In this document: one piece after another, positions 26,109 through 37,931 of the stretch
How the letters are laid out: each line of letters starts with the position of its first letter
Numbering within the stretch: position 1 is the first letter of the stretch
From: Naegleria gruberi
Taxonomy: Eukaryota
Strand: one strand, 5' to 3'
Assembly (NCBI GenBank): GCA_000004985.1
Contig: GG738845.1
Length of the DNA stretch: 64,000 nt
Notes under the pieces: generated by a model
Database searches by the model: none
Seen by the model: the letters and a program-made list of their open reading frames with translations, nothing else
Told to the model about the DNA's origin: nothing
Position numbers and translations under genes: made by a program

Positions 26109-26965
26109 TAGACTTCCGGAAAAGTCAAAAAGAAATAAAAAGGCGCCTTTTTAAAAAAGTGGTTTGAAAAATGTTTGAGCAATTTTTGAAATTTGTTTGA
26201 GCATAATTCAAGAAATGTTTAAACCTTTCCTGCACATTTATTGAAGCTTTCTTTTTCCTGATGTCAACATTTTCTTTACTGCATTTGCTGAAGTTGAAAG
26301 GTTCCCTAATCTTGCTGATTCTATTGTTGATGGAACGGAAGATGTTGAGGAAGTGGAAGAAAATCTTAATGAAACACCATATTCTGAATTAAGCATAAAA
26401 CAGGAACAAGAAAAAAGTGTGAAACAATTAAAAATCCAGAAGAGGAAGATCTGATTTGAACATCACTCCACCCAGAAAGAGAAAAAACCTGAACCTTATC
26501 AAAAAGAAAACAATCATCAAATCATCATGCCAAGAAAAGTTGAGGAGCTCAAAAGACCAGAGCTTTCAAAAGATTTCGTGATTGATGTAAAAAAATCCAT
26601 CAAAACTACAGTGACCCGAGATGGTGACATTCAAAAACCTTGGATCTCTTAAGGAATTGGTGGATTTTTTGGAAAAGGATATAGTTAAGAAAGAGAGTGA
26701 GTTCAGAAGTTTGAGGGCCCTTGGGGTTTTTTCAGCAAATACTTGAACGTTTTGAGAGTTGAGAAGTAATTAATCATTCTTGAGGAATTGTTTGAAAACA
26801 GTTTGAAAGTTGCTCAAGATTTTCTTGAACAAACTTTGGATGTGTTTCAAGTAGTTTTTAGGTAAAAAAGGCACCTTTTAGGCACCTTTTAGGCGCCTTT
26901 TTGCAAATTAGCGTGAAAGTACCTTAAAAAAGTCGACTTTTAGCAAAACTTTTTCTGGAAGTCTA
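26109..26965. mobile_element. Non-autonomous DNA transposon / MITE-like element, family A, full-length copy (~857 bp)
   Basis: Terminal inverted repeat TAGACTTCCGGAAAAGT (26109-26125) versus ...ACTTTTTCTGGAAGTCTA (26948-26965), 17/18 matching. Subterminal GGCGCC-centred palindromes (AAAAAGGCGCCTTTTT at ~26148 and tandem AGGCACCTTTT repeats at ~26868-26900). A second, truncated copy lies at 31170-31423. Confidence 0.6.
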
Positions 26966-27335
26966 CTAAAGAAAAAAATGAAAAAAAGAAAGTCTATTAA
27001 AAAAGAGTTGTACTAAGAAATCAAAAAAAGAAAATCTGAGAATATTGGTTAACTATTAATTGATCTTGAGTTAATGATGATGATTAAATATAAATGTGTA
27101 CATTATTTGTCAAACCTGTTCCAGAAAACCTTAAGGCTTCATTCTTTTGAATTGTTTATACTTTATCAACTTGACAGAAAGTACAAAAAACATCAAAAAA
27201 AAAACATTTCTAAAACCATATAAGCTTTTTATTGTGATGCAATAAATTGTCTGTTGCTTTTTACGTCATTGTATTCTTAAAGTTGACCAATTATCTTCAA
27301 GCAGCTCAAGATTTCTCCTCAAACTGACTCAGACA

Positions 27336-28185
27336 GAGGGGATGGAAAATCCTCGATCCAAATCCCACGCGGATCAGTCGGATCCAAGATTCCAATAAAA
27401 ACGTGAATCCTGGATCCGGATTATCCGATAGATTCAACACAAGGATTTTTTAAAAATTACTTAATTATTGTTGTTTACACTTGCTTTAACCGAAAAACAA
27501 TCTAGTTCTTCGTAATAAATTGTGAAATTTCTTGTAATGTCTGATAATTGGTAAGTTTCTTAGTTAACAGCAAAAGTTCTAAGCAATACTCGATACTCTG
27601 AAAGCTTATCGCTGCGGCTTAGTGCATACAATTTACCTTGTTTCAATATTATCAGTTCATCATTTAAATTAATATCTTCTGATTCATTAAATTGAGAAAG
27701 TATTTGGGAAGATAATTAACTTGTTTCTGAGCAAAGTTGTAATTGTTTTTGTTTGTCAAATCTTCTAGCTCTTACCAACATCACACGAGTACTTATTTGC
27801 AAAAGTAAGATGTCATCTTTTTCCATAAACATAGATACAAGTCTTGATTTTAATTCTTTAGCATCTTTACCAATTCCTGAGAGTGGATTTTCTAGTAAAT
27901 CATAGCTCTTTGTAGCATTAGATATTTTACAATTTGAGGGGAGAGTAAAGTAATCATCACGAATTGGACAATAGAACTTTTTCTTTTGGGTTGATTGGTT
28001 GTGGTGATGTTTCTCTTTATTTATTAACGTTTGAAATTGTTCCATTAAAAATTGGAAGTGCAATCCTGGATTATCGGTTCCATCTTTTGAAAGATTTTAG
28101 AAAAAGATTCATTGTTTATTAAAAAATAATCCTTCCCATCCTCCTCCAAAACGTGAGATTTGGCTTTAGGATTTTCCATCCCCTC
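27336..28185. mobile_element. Non-autonomous DNA transposon, family B (~850 bp) with ~35-bp imperfect TIRs
   Basis: Left end GAGGGGATGGAAAATCCTCGATCCAAATCCCACG (27336-). Right end ...CGTGAGATTTGGCTTTAGGATTTTCCATCCCCTC (-28185), a reverse complement with the first 18 nt identical. The internal 115-aa ORF (27716-28063, minus) has no transposase features. Confidence 0.6.
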
Positions 28186-28439
28186 CTTCAACACTAATTC
28201 TTCTATTTCTACTAGTACGTTAATTGCAATTACTTATTTTATAATTTTATCAACAACAAAATAAGATGTCGTTTCTGAAATACTAAGTTTATTCTATTAC
28301 ACGCGAGTAGATTAATTCGCAAGAATAATAATAATGATTGAGGATATCATTAATCAACTTTTGTATAATATATAAACTCTAATACTTCAAAGATTTATAT
28401 CCTTTAAAGCAGGTTCCAAGGTTGATTCACTCGTTGGTA

Positions 28440-28610
28440 TCTCAATCCTTGAGCTTTTAATTCATTTGTCTTATTTTATTATTTTATTATTTTGTGAGTT
28501 TAAAAACACTAATACTTCTAATAGTTGCAACTACTAGCCCAAAAAACCATCTAATCAATTCAAAAAACCTTAAAAACCATAAAAACAAAAAATACTGAAA
28601 TATCTGAAAA
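28440..28610. repeat. Dispersed repeat family C, copy 1
   Basis: ~80-85% identical to 30070-30346 (shared segments ...TCTCAATCTTTGAGCTTTTAAT...TTATTTTATTATTTTGTG...TAATAGTTGCAACTACTAGCCCA...CCATCTAATCAATTCAAAAAACC...). Confidence 0.6.
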
Positions 28611-29204
28611 CTTGATAACTAATTCTCTATAGCTTCAATCAATCTTTACATAAGCAACATCAATCACACCACCAAAATCGCAGTAAGCGTTAAGCTTATG
28701 TAGGTTTATTGTAAAAACAATAAAATAAGTGTCAACTAACAAATTTCTCATTTGCAAAAATGGTACATTTCAATAGAAATTTCGGATTTAGTAAGTCAAT
28801 AATTTTTTAATAATTTATTATTTTATTGGATTTCATTTGATCATATCTAATTTGGTGAGGTCAAATGACATTTTCATTTGGATAGCTTTTGTAGTATTGT
28901 TTGGTAGTGGATATCACTATCAAGAAAAGATAGGATCATTTGTTGAGCTGGTTTTTTAATCAAATATGTGAAAATTCTAACAATTTTATATATGATTTGT
29001 GTGTTTATTTAATTTTTTAAATTTAAAGCACTGCTAATGCCAAGGCGATTAGTGATTGATTTTGAAAGCAATTAATAGATCATCTGAATTTTCTATTGAC
29101 AGAAACGTATTTTAGTAGTTCAGTTCTACCTAGTTGTAATAAACACCGGAAATTTATTTATGTTTTTAACATTAAAAGCTGAAAGTAGTAAAATGATGAT
29201 ATTT

Positions 29205-29236
29205 GAAATATATATATATACACATATATATATATT
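29205..29236. repeat. (AT)n/(ATAC) microsatellite
   Basis: atatatatatacacatatatatatat. Confidence 0.8.
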
Positions 29237-30069
29237 TTAATTGATGTTTGACAAACATATCCACCACATGTATGAAAATTCGTATTTTTCATTGAAATAC
29301 TAATAAATTTCTATTTTAATTACTGCCAATTCAAACAGGCAACAAACGACACACATTATCACATTATCAGACATTGTAATAGCAAATGCTAAACCTTTTG
29401 TTGTTTATAATATGTGAAATCTGTAGACAGAAAAAAATGAAACACAGTTTTTAAGAAGAAATCATCGAAAAACTCAAGTAAAATGAAGAATAGAAAATCA
29501 CTTTTAAGGGGTAAAAAATTTAATCTGAATAGATAAATGAATTTGCGAGGAATTATGATGAAAAGGATGTAGTGAGAATGGGATTTGATAAAGAGATAAG
29601 TAAAAAACATGATGAGGAGTATGATGAAGAATAAAAGAGAAATGATTTTTCTAACATAGATAAATATAATTTTTGTTCACATATATTCACCCAATAATTT
29701 ATCAAAACAATAAAATACCCCAAATCAATTCTCATATCACAACAAAATAAATTGTAAAAATATACAAAAATTATATTCAAACTCGAATTTAGATCTACAG
29801 TATTTCAGAAACGACACTTTATGTTGTTGATAAACCTATAAATTTGGATTTTTAGTTTTTTACAATTTTATATGATTTGTGTTTATTTAAAATTTACGGT
29901 TAGAGAGGAATTTTGGATATTATAGTACACTCGTTGTTGAGGTGTTCTTTTTGTCATCATCAGTAAGTGTAATCAGTATGGAGATTCTAGTTGGATATTA
30001 TTGACAGCAATTACAAAAAGTACTTGTTATTATTATAAGACAACAATGGATTAGTGGGATAGTTAAGTG

Positions 30070-30346
30070 GTGTCTCAATCTTTGAACTTTTAATCTATTT
30101 GTCTTAATTTATTATTTTATTATTTTGTGGATTTAAAAACAGAGATTTATCCAAAAAGCCAAGCCAAAAATTCAACCAGATTGTCCTTTTTAAAAAGCCA
30201 TATCCAAAAAAAGCGGTTTGGGATAGATATTGGATATTAATATACTCTCCTTCTAATAGTTGCAACTACTAGCCCATTAAACCATCTAATCAATTCAAAA
30301 AACCATAAATTAGAAATCCAATAAAAACACAAAATAATAAAATAAT
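30070..30346. repeat. Dispersed repeat family C, copy 2 (MITE-like, with a ~95-bp internal insertion relative to copy 1)
   Basis: Homologous to 28440-28610. Ends TTATTTTATTATTTTGTGG (~30108) and CACAAAATAATAAAATAATG (~30327-30346) are inverse complements, i.e. TIR-like. Confidence 0.55.
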
Positions 30347-31130
30347 GTTATTATTATTTGTTTGAGAATTAAAAATTTCAATTTATACGAGACAACAATT
30401 TGTTCTTAAGAGAATAAAATTTGAAAACCATATTCCACACAATATTGTTTTATTGTTGGAAAGTTTGATACTATTTTTCTAAATAATAACAAACTCAGTA
30501 ATTAGTGGAGATGTTATTAATTAACTAATTGATAAAATTAATCGGTGAAAGATAATAGAACCTAATATTTTGACCATATATTCTGGAATAATCGTTCAAA
30601 TACAGCAATACACAACCAACGTTTACCTTTTCAATATCTCTCCTTTACGAATTAGACAAAAGCATGCCTGTACTAGTTATAAACAATCATAAATAGTTTT
30701 CAAAGAAAACCAAGTTGGTGATGTTTAATTCGAAAGTGTATTGAAGAAAGTGTTTACATGAATTACTTAGAGAATTGAAATAATTAAAAAAGGAAAAACA
30801 AACCAAGCCTTATACAAATATTTAAAATTAATTCATCATGCATTTTATATGTATGATGATGTGGATTTAAAAACGAAACAATCTACCAACACTTTACAAA
30901 TAGTAAAATCAAAACTAAAAAATCATTAGAAATGTTGGAGGAGTGGGATGATATTTTTGAGGATATCAATAATACAAATCTTAGTATTACCATTTTATTT
31001 TCATTGTCTATATGTTTTGCCTACACTTTTGTATTATCGAATTATTTAGAGAAAAAGAATTGTAATTTTCAAAATATATATATTAACGATTGTATTTACA
31101 ATGGTAATACAAAGTAAATGGATTTTGTTT

Positions 31131-31423
31131 GGCGGAGGAGTCGTGTGGGATTTGGATAACAGATTTTCCATCGCATCATGCTAAGAAAAGTTGAGGCCTA
31201 AAAGACCAGAGCTTTCAAAAGATTTCTTGATTGATGTAAAAAATCCATCAAAACTAGGATGGTGACATTTAAAAACCTTGGATCTCTAAGGAATTGGTGG
31301 AAAAGCATATAGTTAAGAAAGAGAGTGAGTTTAGAGGTTTGAAGGCACTTAGGGTTTTTTCAGAAGTAATTAATTATACTTGTAAAAAAGGCGCCTTTTA
31401 GTAAAACTTTTTACGGAAGTCTA
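31131..31423. mobile_element. Compound TE fragment: solo family-B-like TIR (31131-31172) abutting a 5'-truncated, internally deleted family-A copy (31170-31423)
   Basis: 31131-31172 (GGCGGAGGAGTCGTGTGGGATTTGGATAACAGATTTTCCATC) is the reverse complement of the family-B TIR consensus (GATGGAAAATC...ATCCAAATCCCAC...). 31170-31423 aligns to 26524-26965 of copy A with two internal deletions. It ends with the same ...AAAAAGGCGCCTTTTAG...CTTTTTACGGAAGTCTA terminus. Confidence 0.55.
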
Positions 31424-31772
31424 AAATAACCATTCAAACTTTAAACAACAAACACCAAAATTCAAAAACACCTCTTTAATACTTTTGACAATAATATTAT
31501 TAAATGTATTACAAAGGTTTTTGAATTCACAAGCCCATTAAATTTCAAAATCAAGTTGTAAATGATGGTGAATGGTATTTCTGATATTTCGCACACTTGG
31601 TCATTTTTATCGTTGAGTTATTATTTATCTTTCCACCTTTCTATTTCGGCATTCCCTTCCAATTAGACTCTAGTTTTGTCCAATCATCACGTCCAATAAT
31701 AAATAATAAAATAATATTTTTATTTTAAAAAAAAAATCTCCAACAATATCCATTCATCACCAACCACAAAAG

Positions 31773-34697
31773 ATGGATGAATTAATTCCTGTTATTAATC
31801 GTTTACAAGATGTTTTTTCAAATATTGGTTTGAATGATCTTGCACAAATTGATCTTCCTCAAATAGCTGTTGTTGGTAGTCAAAGTTCCGGTAAATCATC
31901 AGTTTTGGAAACCATTGTAGGACGAGACTTTCTCCCTCGTGGCTCAGGCATTGTTACAAGAAGACCTCTTGTTTTGCAATTAATTAATGTAAAAAACGAA
32001 GAAGAATGGGGAGAATTTTTGCACGTGCCAAACAAAAAGTTTAACGATTTTGCAGAAATCAAGAATGAAATTGTTAGAGAAACAGATAGATTAACTGGTT
32101 CAAACAAGAATATTTCGGAAAAACCAATTAATTTGAAAATTTTCAGCCCAAAGTGAGTGTTTTAATCATTTTCTTAAACTAATTATTCCGAATAGTGTTT
32201 TGGATTTGACATTAGTAGATCTTCCAGGTATCACAAAAGTTGCCATTGGTGACCAACCTAAAGATATCGAAATTCAAATAAGAAATATGATTATGAACTA
32301 TATTAACAAACCTAATTGTTTGATTCTTGCTGTTACCGCTGCAAACACTGATCTTGCAAACTCTGACGCTCTCAAATTAGCAAAGGAAGTAGATAAAACA
32401 GGAAGTCGTACTTTGGGTGTGTTGACCAAAGTTGATATCATGGATCAAGGGACCGACTGTACAGACATTATAAGAGGAGAAGTACTTCCTCTTAGATTAG
32501 GATATATTGGTGTTGTTAATAGATCACAAAATGATATTAATATGAACAAATCAATTCGTGATGCATTGAAAGACGAAGAACGCTACTTCCAAAATCATCC
32601 AGCATATAAACCAATTGCTGATCGTATGGGCACAGCTCACTTGGCAAGAACCTTGAAAAGAATTTTATTGAACCACATTAAGGAAGTATTGCCAGAGTTG
32701 AAGAATAAGGTATCCATTCTTATTCAACAAGCTCAGATGCGTTTGGCAGAATATGGTGTCCCACTTGATGAAAGTTCTATGAGTAGTGGAGGAATGGTTT
32801 TACAAAAACTTACAGAGTTTTCAACTGAATATGTAGAGACTATTGATGGTAGAAATGCTGAGGTTTCAACATCTGAATTATTTGGAGGAGCAAGAATCAA
32901 CTATATTTTTACAAACAAGTTTTATCCTGTCCTCTCCGAAATTGATGCATGTGAAAATTTGACTGATTTTGATATTAGAACAGCTATCAGAAATGCTAAA
33001 GGCCCAAGAACATCTCTCTTTATTCCGGAAGCTGCATTCGAAATGCTTGTGAAAAGACAGGTAAAACTCTTGGAAACACCAAGTCTAAATTGTGTAGATG
33101 ACGTTTTAGAAGAGTTGTTTGGAATTGAGGAACATTGTGAAAGAGTGTTGGCAAGGTAGGTTTTAATTACATACCTTTACTTACCAAAGGTAAAGATTCC
33201 CAAATCTTAAAAGTAGGACCCATGAATTTGTTGTTGATTTGCTAAGAAAGTATTCTGATCCATTGAAAGAATTTATTAGTAACATTATTAGAATTGAATT
33301 GGCATATATCAACACTAATCATCCAGACTTTTTCAGTAACAATAAGGTTGTAGGCGTTTTAGGTGAACAAAAACGTAAGTTGTCTATTGCATTTTTTTCA
33401 CATGACATGCAAAACTAGAGCCTCCTCTACCACAACAAGGATATCAACAACAAGGTTACCCACCTCAACAACCAATGCATCCAAACATCAATCAACAACA
33501 AGGCTATCCACCTCAACAACCACAACAACAAGGAAGAAGACCACCAACAATTAATCAACAAGTTGCCCAACAACCACCACAACAAGTGAGTATCTAACAA
33601 AGAAACACCGACACTTTACACACATACATTAATTTTTCATCTCACCATTGCTTGACCATAATAATTTGATTGAATGACTTATTTGGCGGACTGTTGTTAT
33701 ACCAATACCTCAAAACACTATGTTTCCACAATTATTTAATTACAATTCATACTAACAATTATTTTTTAATAATCTCAGATTGAAGAACAACAACCTGAAG
33801 ACGGGGAATGGGAGCAAGTTGAAACCTATCCACCACCAAAAAATCCAAACCAAATTACTATCAAAAATAGTTTGAAGGGAACAGGATCAAGCACTTCCTC
33901 TTCCCATAAAGAGTCGCAAAAAGAGTCCCATGGTGTAACAGGACGTATTTTCAACTTTTTTGGTATGCACAAGGATTCCAAGGATAAACCTTCTGGTAAG
34001 TTTCTTTAGAGATTATATTTCTTAACCTTTAATAGGAAACAATGACAATTCATTTTTTGATAATATGACTGGTAGTGTTTCTCTCAATTCCAACAAAGAA
34101 GTTGAAGTCAATGTTTCTCTCCCAAAGAAGAATTCTAAATCAAGACAACCTCCTCAGCCACAACAGCCTCCACAAGTTGTTAATCAACCCCCTCAAATTT
34201 TAAACAGTCCGCCAAATGAAGTGCAACAATATAATGAGTATTATGGTCAAAACAATTATGAGGTTTGCATTTTACTAACACATTATCATTTTTACTAACC
34301 TTTCTTTTTTATTTACACATAATCGATGAATGTCATTTTAAAAAAGGATTACAATATCCCACAACAAAATCCAAATGCTGCCTTCTTGAGTAATTTTGAG
34401 GAACGTGAAACTAAGGAGACTGAAACAATCAAAACACTTTTGCAACATTATTTTGAAATTGTTAGAACTTCAGTATCAGATAGCGTACCTAAAGCAATTA
34501 TTCATTTCCTTGTTTCCAAATCCAAGATTAATATGCAAAGTGAGTTGGTAAGGAACTTGTATAGAGTAGAGCTTTATGAGGAGCTTTTGAAAGAAAATGA
34601 GGTAATGGCTCAAAAGAGAAAGAGAACAGAAAAGATGTTAACCACCTTACTCAAAGCACAAGATGCTCTCAATGATGTAAAAAATAAGAAAATTTAA
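31773..34697 (+). CDS. Dynamin-related GTPase (Dnm1/Drp1/Vps1 family), multi-exon, with a Q/P-rich variable insert and a C-terminal GED
   Basis: Exon 1 [70 protein letters not shown] (dynamin G1). Exon 2 (32161-33159) ...[14 protein letters not shown]...[40 protein letters not shown].... Later exons include a Gln/Pro-rich low-complexity insert (~33420-33600). The terminal exon (34326-34697) is a GED-like helix. Confidence 0.85.
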
Positions 34698-34796
34698 ATA
34701 TTATTTGAATATTGATTATAAATATGTTGATGTAAAATATTTTTTAAATTGATTGAACGTTGTTGATTAAATTATATTTTTAAATTTGAATAAAAA

Positions 34797-35066
34797 ATGT
34801 TTTCACCATTCGGAAAGGGAAAGCCTCAACCTCCACCAAAAAGAAAGGCCCACAATGAAATGAAGAGAAAACTCGTGTACTTTATTTTAGGCTGTGCTGT
34901 TGTTGGTGTTGCTCCTTATGTTAGTGAACCTGTGTCGAAATTTTTAGGATCATTCTTTGGTGCTGGTAAGTAATAATTAAATTATCATCACGTCATTAAA
35001 ATTTAAAACATTAGAAAATTCCAACGCCGAGACTGTGATTTCATATGATCCTGACTTGTTATAAAT
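34797..35066 (+). CDS. Small (~75 aa) single-TM protein, 2 exons (tentative)
   Basis: ATG at 34797 gives MFSPFGKGKPQPPPKRKAHNEMKRKLVYFILGCAVVGVAPYVSEPVSKFLGSFFGAG, then GTAAGT. A short second exon ends at a stop near 35066. No homology recognised. Confidence 0.3.
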
Positions 35067-35166
35067 GCCCAATATAACATACATCATCATTAGATCCGAT
35101 CCTAATCTTCAACTGCCTACCTCCTTCCATCATCTTCAATAAAAAATTCAAGTTTTAATTAAGAAC

Positions 35167-37788
35167 CTATACTAATCCTTTACTAAATTCTAAATAGAGC
35201 TGAACACAATCGTCTCTCCTTGTGTAGTCCATACATGAGTGTACAATTTGGTAAAAATCTCTCAAAAGAGAAACAAGAGGAATTCCATTCTTATCCTCTT
35301 GGTCCGTGCATTGAGAAATAACTCTTCTAAGGATAGAAAAAAGCTCTTTGAGATGAGAATGGTCAATTGTTTGTGTACAATTGAAAAGAAGGATTATTAA
35401 TTGCTTTACGAGCTTTTTTTGATTAGATATTTCACTCCTCAAGATTAATTGCTCAATTTGTCTGAGTGTAAAGTCTATCAAGATGTTGTCGTGTAGGTAG
35501 TTTAGAATTAAATGAAAGGTACTACAAAATAATTGTTGGAGTTGATTCGACGACTTTTGCTTATCCTCTTGTATGACAAGTTTTAAATAATAAGGTAGAA
35601 TAAGGTTGCTAATCTTGTATCCATCCATAAAGAAGGTAATGAATAGTTGGTGAGCTTGTTGAACTATTTGCTTATTATTGTGAATGAGACAATTAAACAT
35701 GAAGGGAACAAGCTGATTTTTAAACAAATTTTCATTAGAAAATTGCTTACTCTGAAGTATTAGACTAAAGAATCCCAAATAAAAATAAACTGTTGATAGA
35801 TACACCATATTATTTTGATAACTCTTTAAAAAGAGTGAATCTCCCAAAGTCTTGATTGTTGTATCAGAGAATATAAATTGTTCAATAGTTTGCGGATGAT
35901 ATTGTATTATTTTCTTTAAAAATATGGTGTACATTGAAACTGAATCCAGATCTTTCATAAATTCAGTGCTTGCAAGTATTTTTAATATTAAAATAATATC
36001 CTCGTGAGTAATATTCTTATTCTTCTCCATTAATGAGAGATTTTGCCGTATATTGTTGAATAATTTTGTGTTGTCTGTGTATATCTTTAAAATAAATATC
36101 AACAGTGAACTAGATATATTTTTTAAATGAAATTTCAATTCTTCCATTGATACTAGATCTTCAATAATTCTATCCTTCTTTGGTTTGCTAAAAGATTTTG
36201 AAAATGATTGACTTAGCATACTGACCATATCATACATTGTTTGAATATATTTGGAATGAGAGATGGAGATAATCATTACAAGGTTATTAATTAATAGATA
36301 AATATAAGAGTAGAGACTTGACTTTTGATATTCTGAAAATAATGCCTTCAAATCTGTAATTGATAAATCATGTTTTAAAGCAGACACTAGAGTGGGAATC
36401 ATATAAAGCCTCTCCTTTAGTGAATGGTTTAGTAGTCTGTCAATGAAAATATCGAAATGTTTGAATAAACTTAAATGAGAAGCAACTTGAACTGCAATAA
36501 GTGAATAAACTGTTGACAATGTATTTTCGACATTGTTAATTATTTGAGATTGTACAATTTTCCAAATTTCTTCCAATAGATTTTTAGAAAGGGAGGAATT
36601 AATTAATTTGTTATGCTGAAAATAGGCCACTAGGGCAACTAGTTTAGTAAAACCATCCTGTGAAAAGTTGACAAGGAAAGTTCCAATCGTTTCTGTATTG
36701 TTTAATTGTTCGGATAGTTGAGAAATAAATATATATATTGTAGAGCAAAATTTAAGAATAAAATCAATTAATCTTATGGAGACGTGGTTGTGAACATTGG
36801 TTGAAATAATCTTTGCAACATCCTTATTAGCTATTATGTGTTGTTCCATTTTAAGAATTGATGTTAATAATTTTTGCTTCTTTTCATCAGTTAATTTTCC
36901 ATATATAAAAAGTGTACCAGTTGATTTGATAAGATCTTCAAAAAGGTCCCTATTTCCAGAAACAATCTTCTCTCCTGTAATTTGATTATCATATCTAAAA
37001 GATATAATATCTTTAATTTTATAAATTAAATAAGTACAAAATACACTAAATATAGTATCTATATCATTTTGATTTTGCAAAAATTTACAGCAGTGAGAAA
37101 GAATATGTAAACAAATTCCAACTAATTTTGTAATACTGTGATAATTAGTTAAAAATTTAATTGATGTCTTGTAGAGATAATTAGAGTAAAATGAAATGTC
37201 ATATTCTGTTAAATATTTGTGAAATTCATGAGTTTCATATTTTAAAAATAAAATTAGAATTTTCATATGATAAAGTAACTTGCTCATAGTGAGTGGGTTA
37301 GAGTTGTATGCTGTATTAAACTTTTCTACATATTTAACTTGATCCACACAATATTTAAAAAAACTTGCAAGAATATTGAGTATAACTTGTTTCTTTTCTG
37401 TATTATTCGATTCCAATTTACTATTATCAAGCAATCTTTGAATATTTCCAAATATATATAATAAATATTTCATTTCTCCATTTTTTTGGGAGTCAGTAAG
37501 TTGATGGTTAGTTTGTGCATCTGTCCAATTAATGGGACAATTTTCCATTAAATAATTCATACAAACAATACATTGTTGAGAAAGTTCTTCCAACAAGGAC
37601 GATTGAATAGTAATTCCTATTGATCCTGATGAATCGGAAGATATTGATTTTTTCATCACATCACCAACCAATCCTACAATGTAATTCTGAGAATTTGTTC
37701 TACCACCATTACTGGACGAAGAATGATTGGAAGATTGAGACATATTTTTTAAAATTGTGTACAACAATTTACAAAATACATACCACAA
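35167..37788 (-). CDS. Hypothetical 873-aa protein, alpha-helical repeat (HEAT/ARM-like) composition
   Basis: Single long minus-strand ORF. No catalytic motif. Leucine-rich helical repeats throughout. Start probably MSQSSNHSSSSNGG (37742). Confidence 0.5.
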   Translation of the reverse strand: MWYVFCKLLYTILKNMSQSSNHSSSSNGGRTNSQNYIVGLVGDVMKKSISSDSSGSIGITIQSSLLEELSQQCIVCMNYLMENCPINWTDAQTNHQLTDSQKNGEMKYLLYIFGNIQRLLDNSKLESNNTEKKQVILNILASFFKYCVDQVKYVEKFNTAYNSNPLTMSKLLYHMKILILFLKYETHEFHKYLTEYDISFYSNYLYKTSIKFLTNYHSITKLVGICLHILSHCCKFLQNQNDIDTIFSVFCTYLIYKIKDIISFRYDNQITGEKIVSGNRDLFEDLIKSTGTLFIYGKLTDEKKQKLLTSILKMEQHIIANKDVAKIISTNVHNHVSIRLIDFILKFCSTIYIFISQLSEQLNNTETIGTFLVNFSQDGFTKLVALVAYFQHNKLINSSLSKNLLEEIWKIVQSQIINNVENTLSTVYSLIAVQVASHLSLFKHFDIFIDRLLNHSLKERLYMIPTLVSALKHDLSITDLKALFSEYQKSSLYSYIYLLINNLVMIISISHSKYIQTMYDMVSMLSQSFSKSFSKPKKDRIIEDLVSMEELKFHLKNISSSLLIFILKIYTDNTKLFNNIRQNLSLMEKNKNITHEDIILILKILASTEFMKDLDSVSMYTIFLKKIIQYHPQTIEQFIFSDTTIKTLGDSLFLKSYQNNMVYLSTVYFYLGFFSLILQSKQFSNENLFKNQLVPFMFNCLIHNNKQIVQQAHQLFITFFMDGYKISNLILPYYLKLVIQEDKQKSSNQLQQLFCSTFHLILNYLHDNILIDFTLRQIEQLILRSEISNQKKLVKQLIILLFNCTQTIDHSHLKELFSILRRVISQCTDQEDKNGIPLVSLLRDFYQIVHSCMDYTRRDDCVQLYLEFSKGLV

Positions 37789-37931
37789 AATAAATTTTAA
37801 ACAACAGTTAATTTAATCAATTGTTTTAAAACAATGTATTTTAAAATCTCTCGGAGTTTGCATCCGGAAAACCTCTATTAGAAATCATACCCGAAAAATT
37901 ATTAATATTTTAATTTTTAATTTCGAAAAAA

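Noticed and set aside
26109-31423. Repeats as a CRISPR array or tandem satellite
   Set aside because: Repeat units are hundreds of bp long and dispersed, with terminal inverted repeats and internal deletions. They are not short regularly spaced direct repeats with unique spacers. They are transposon copies.
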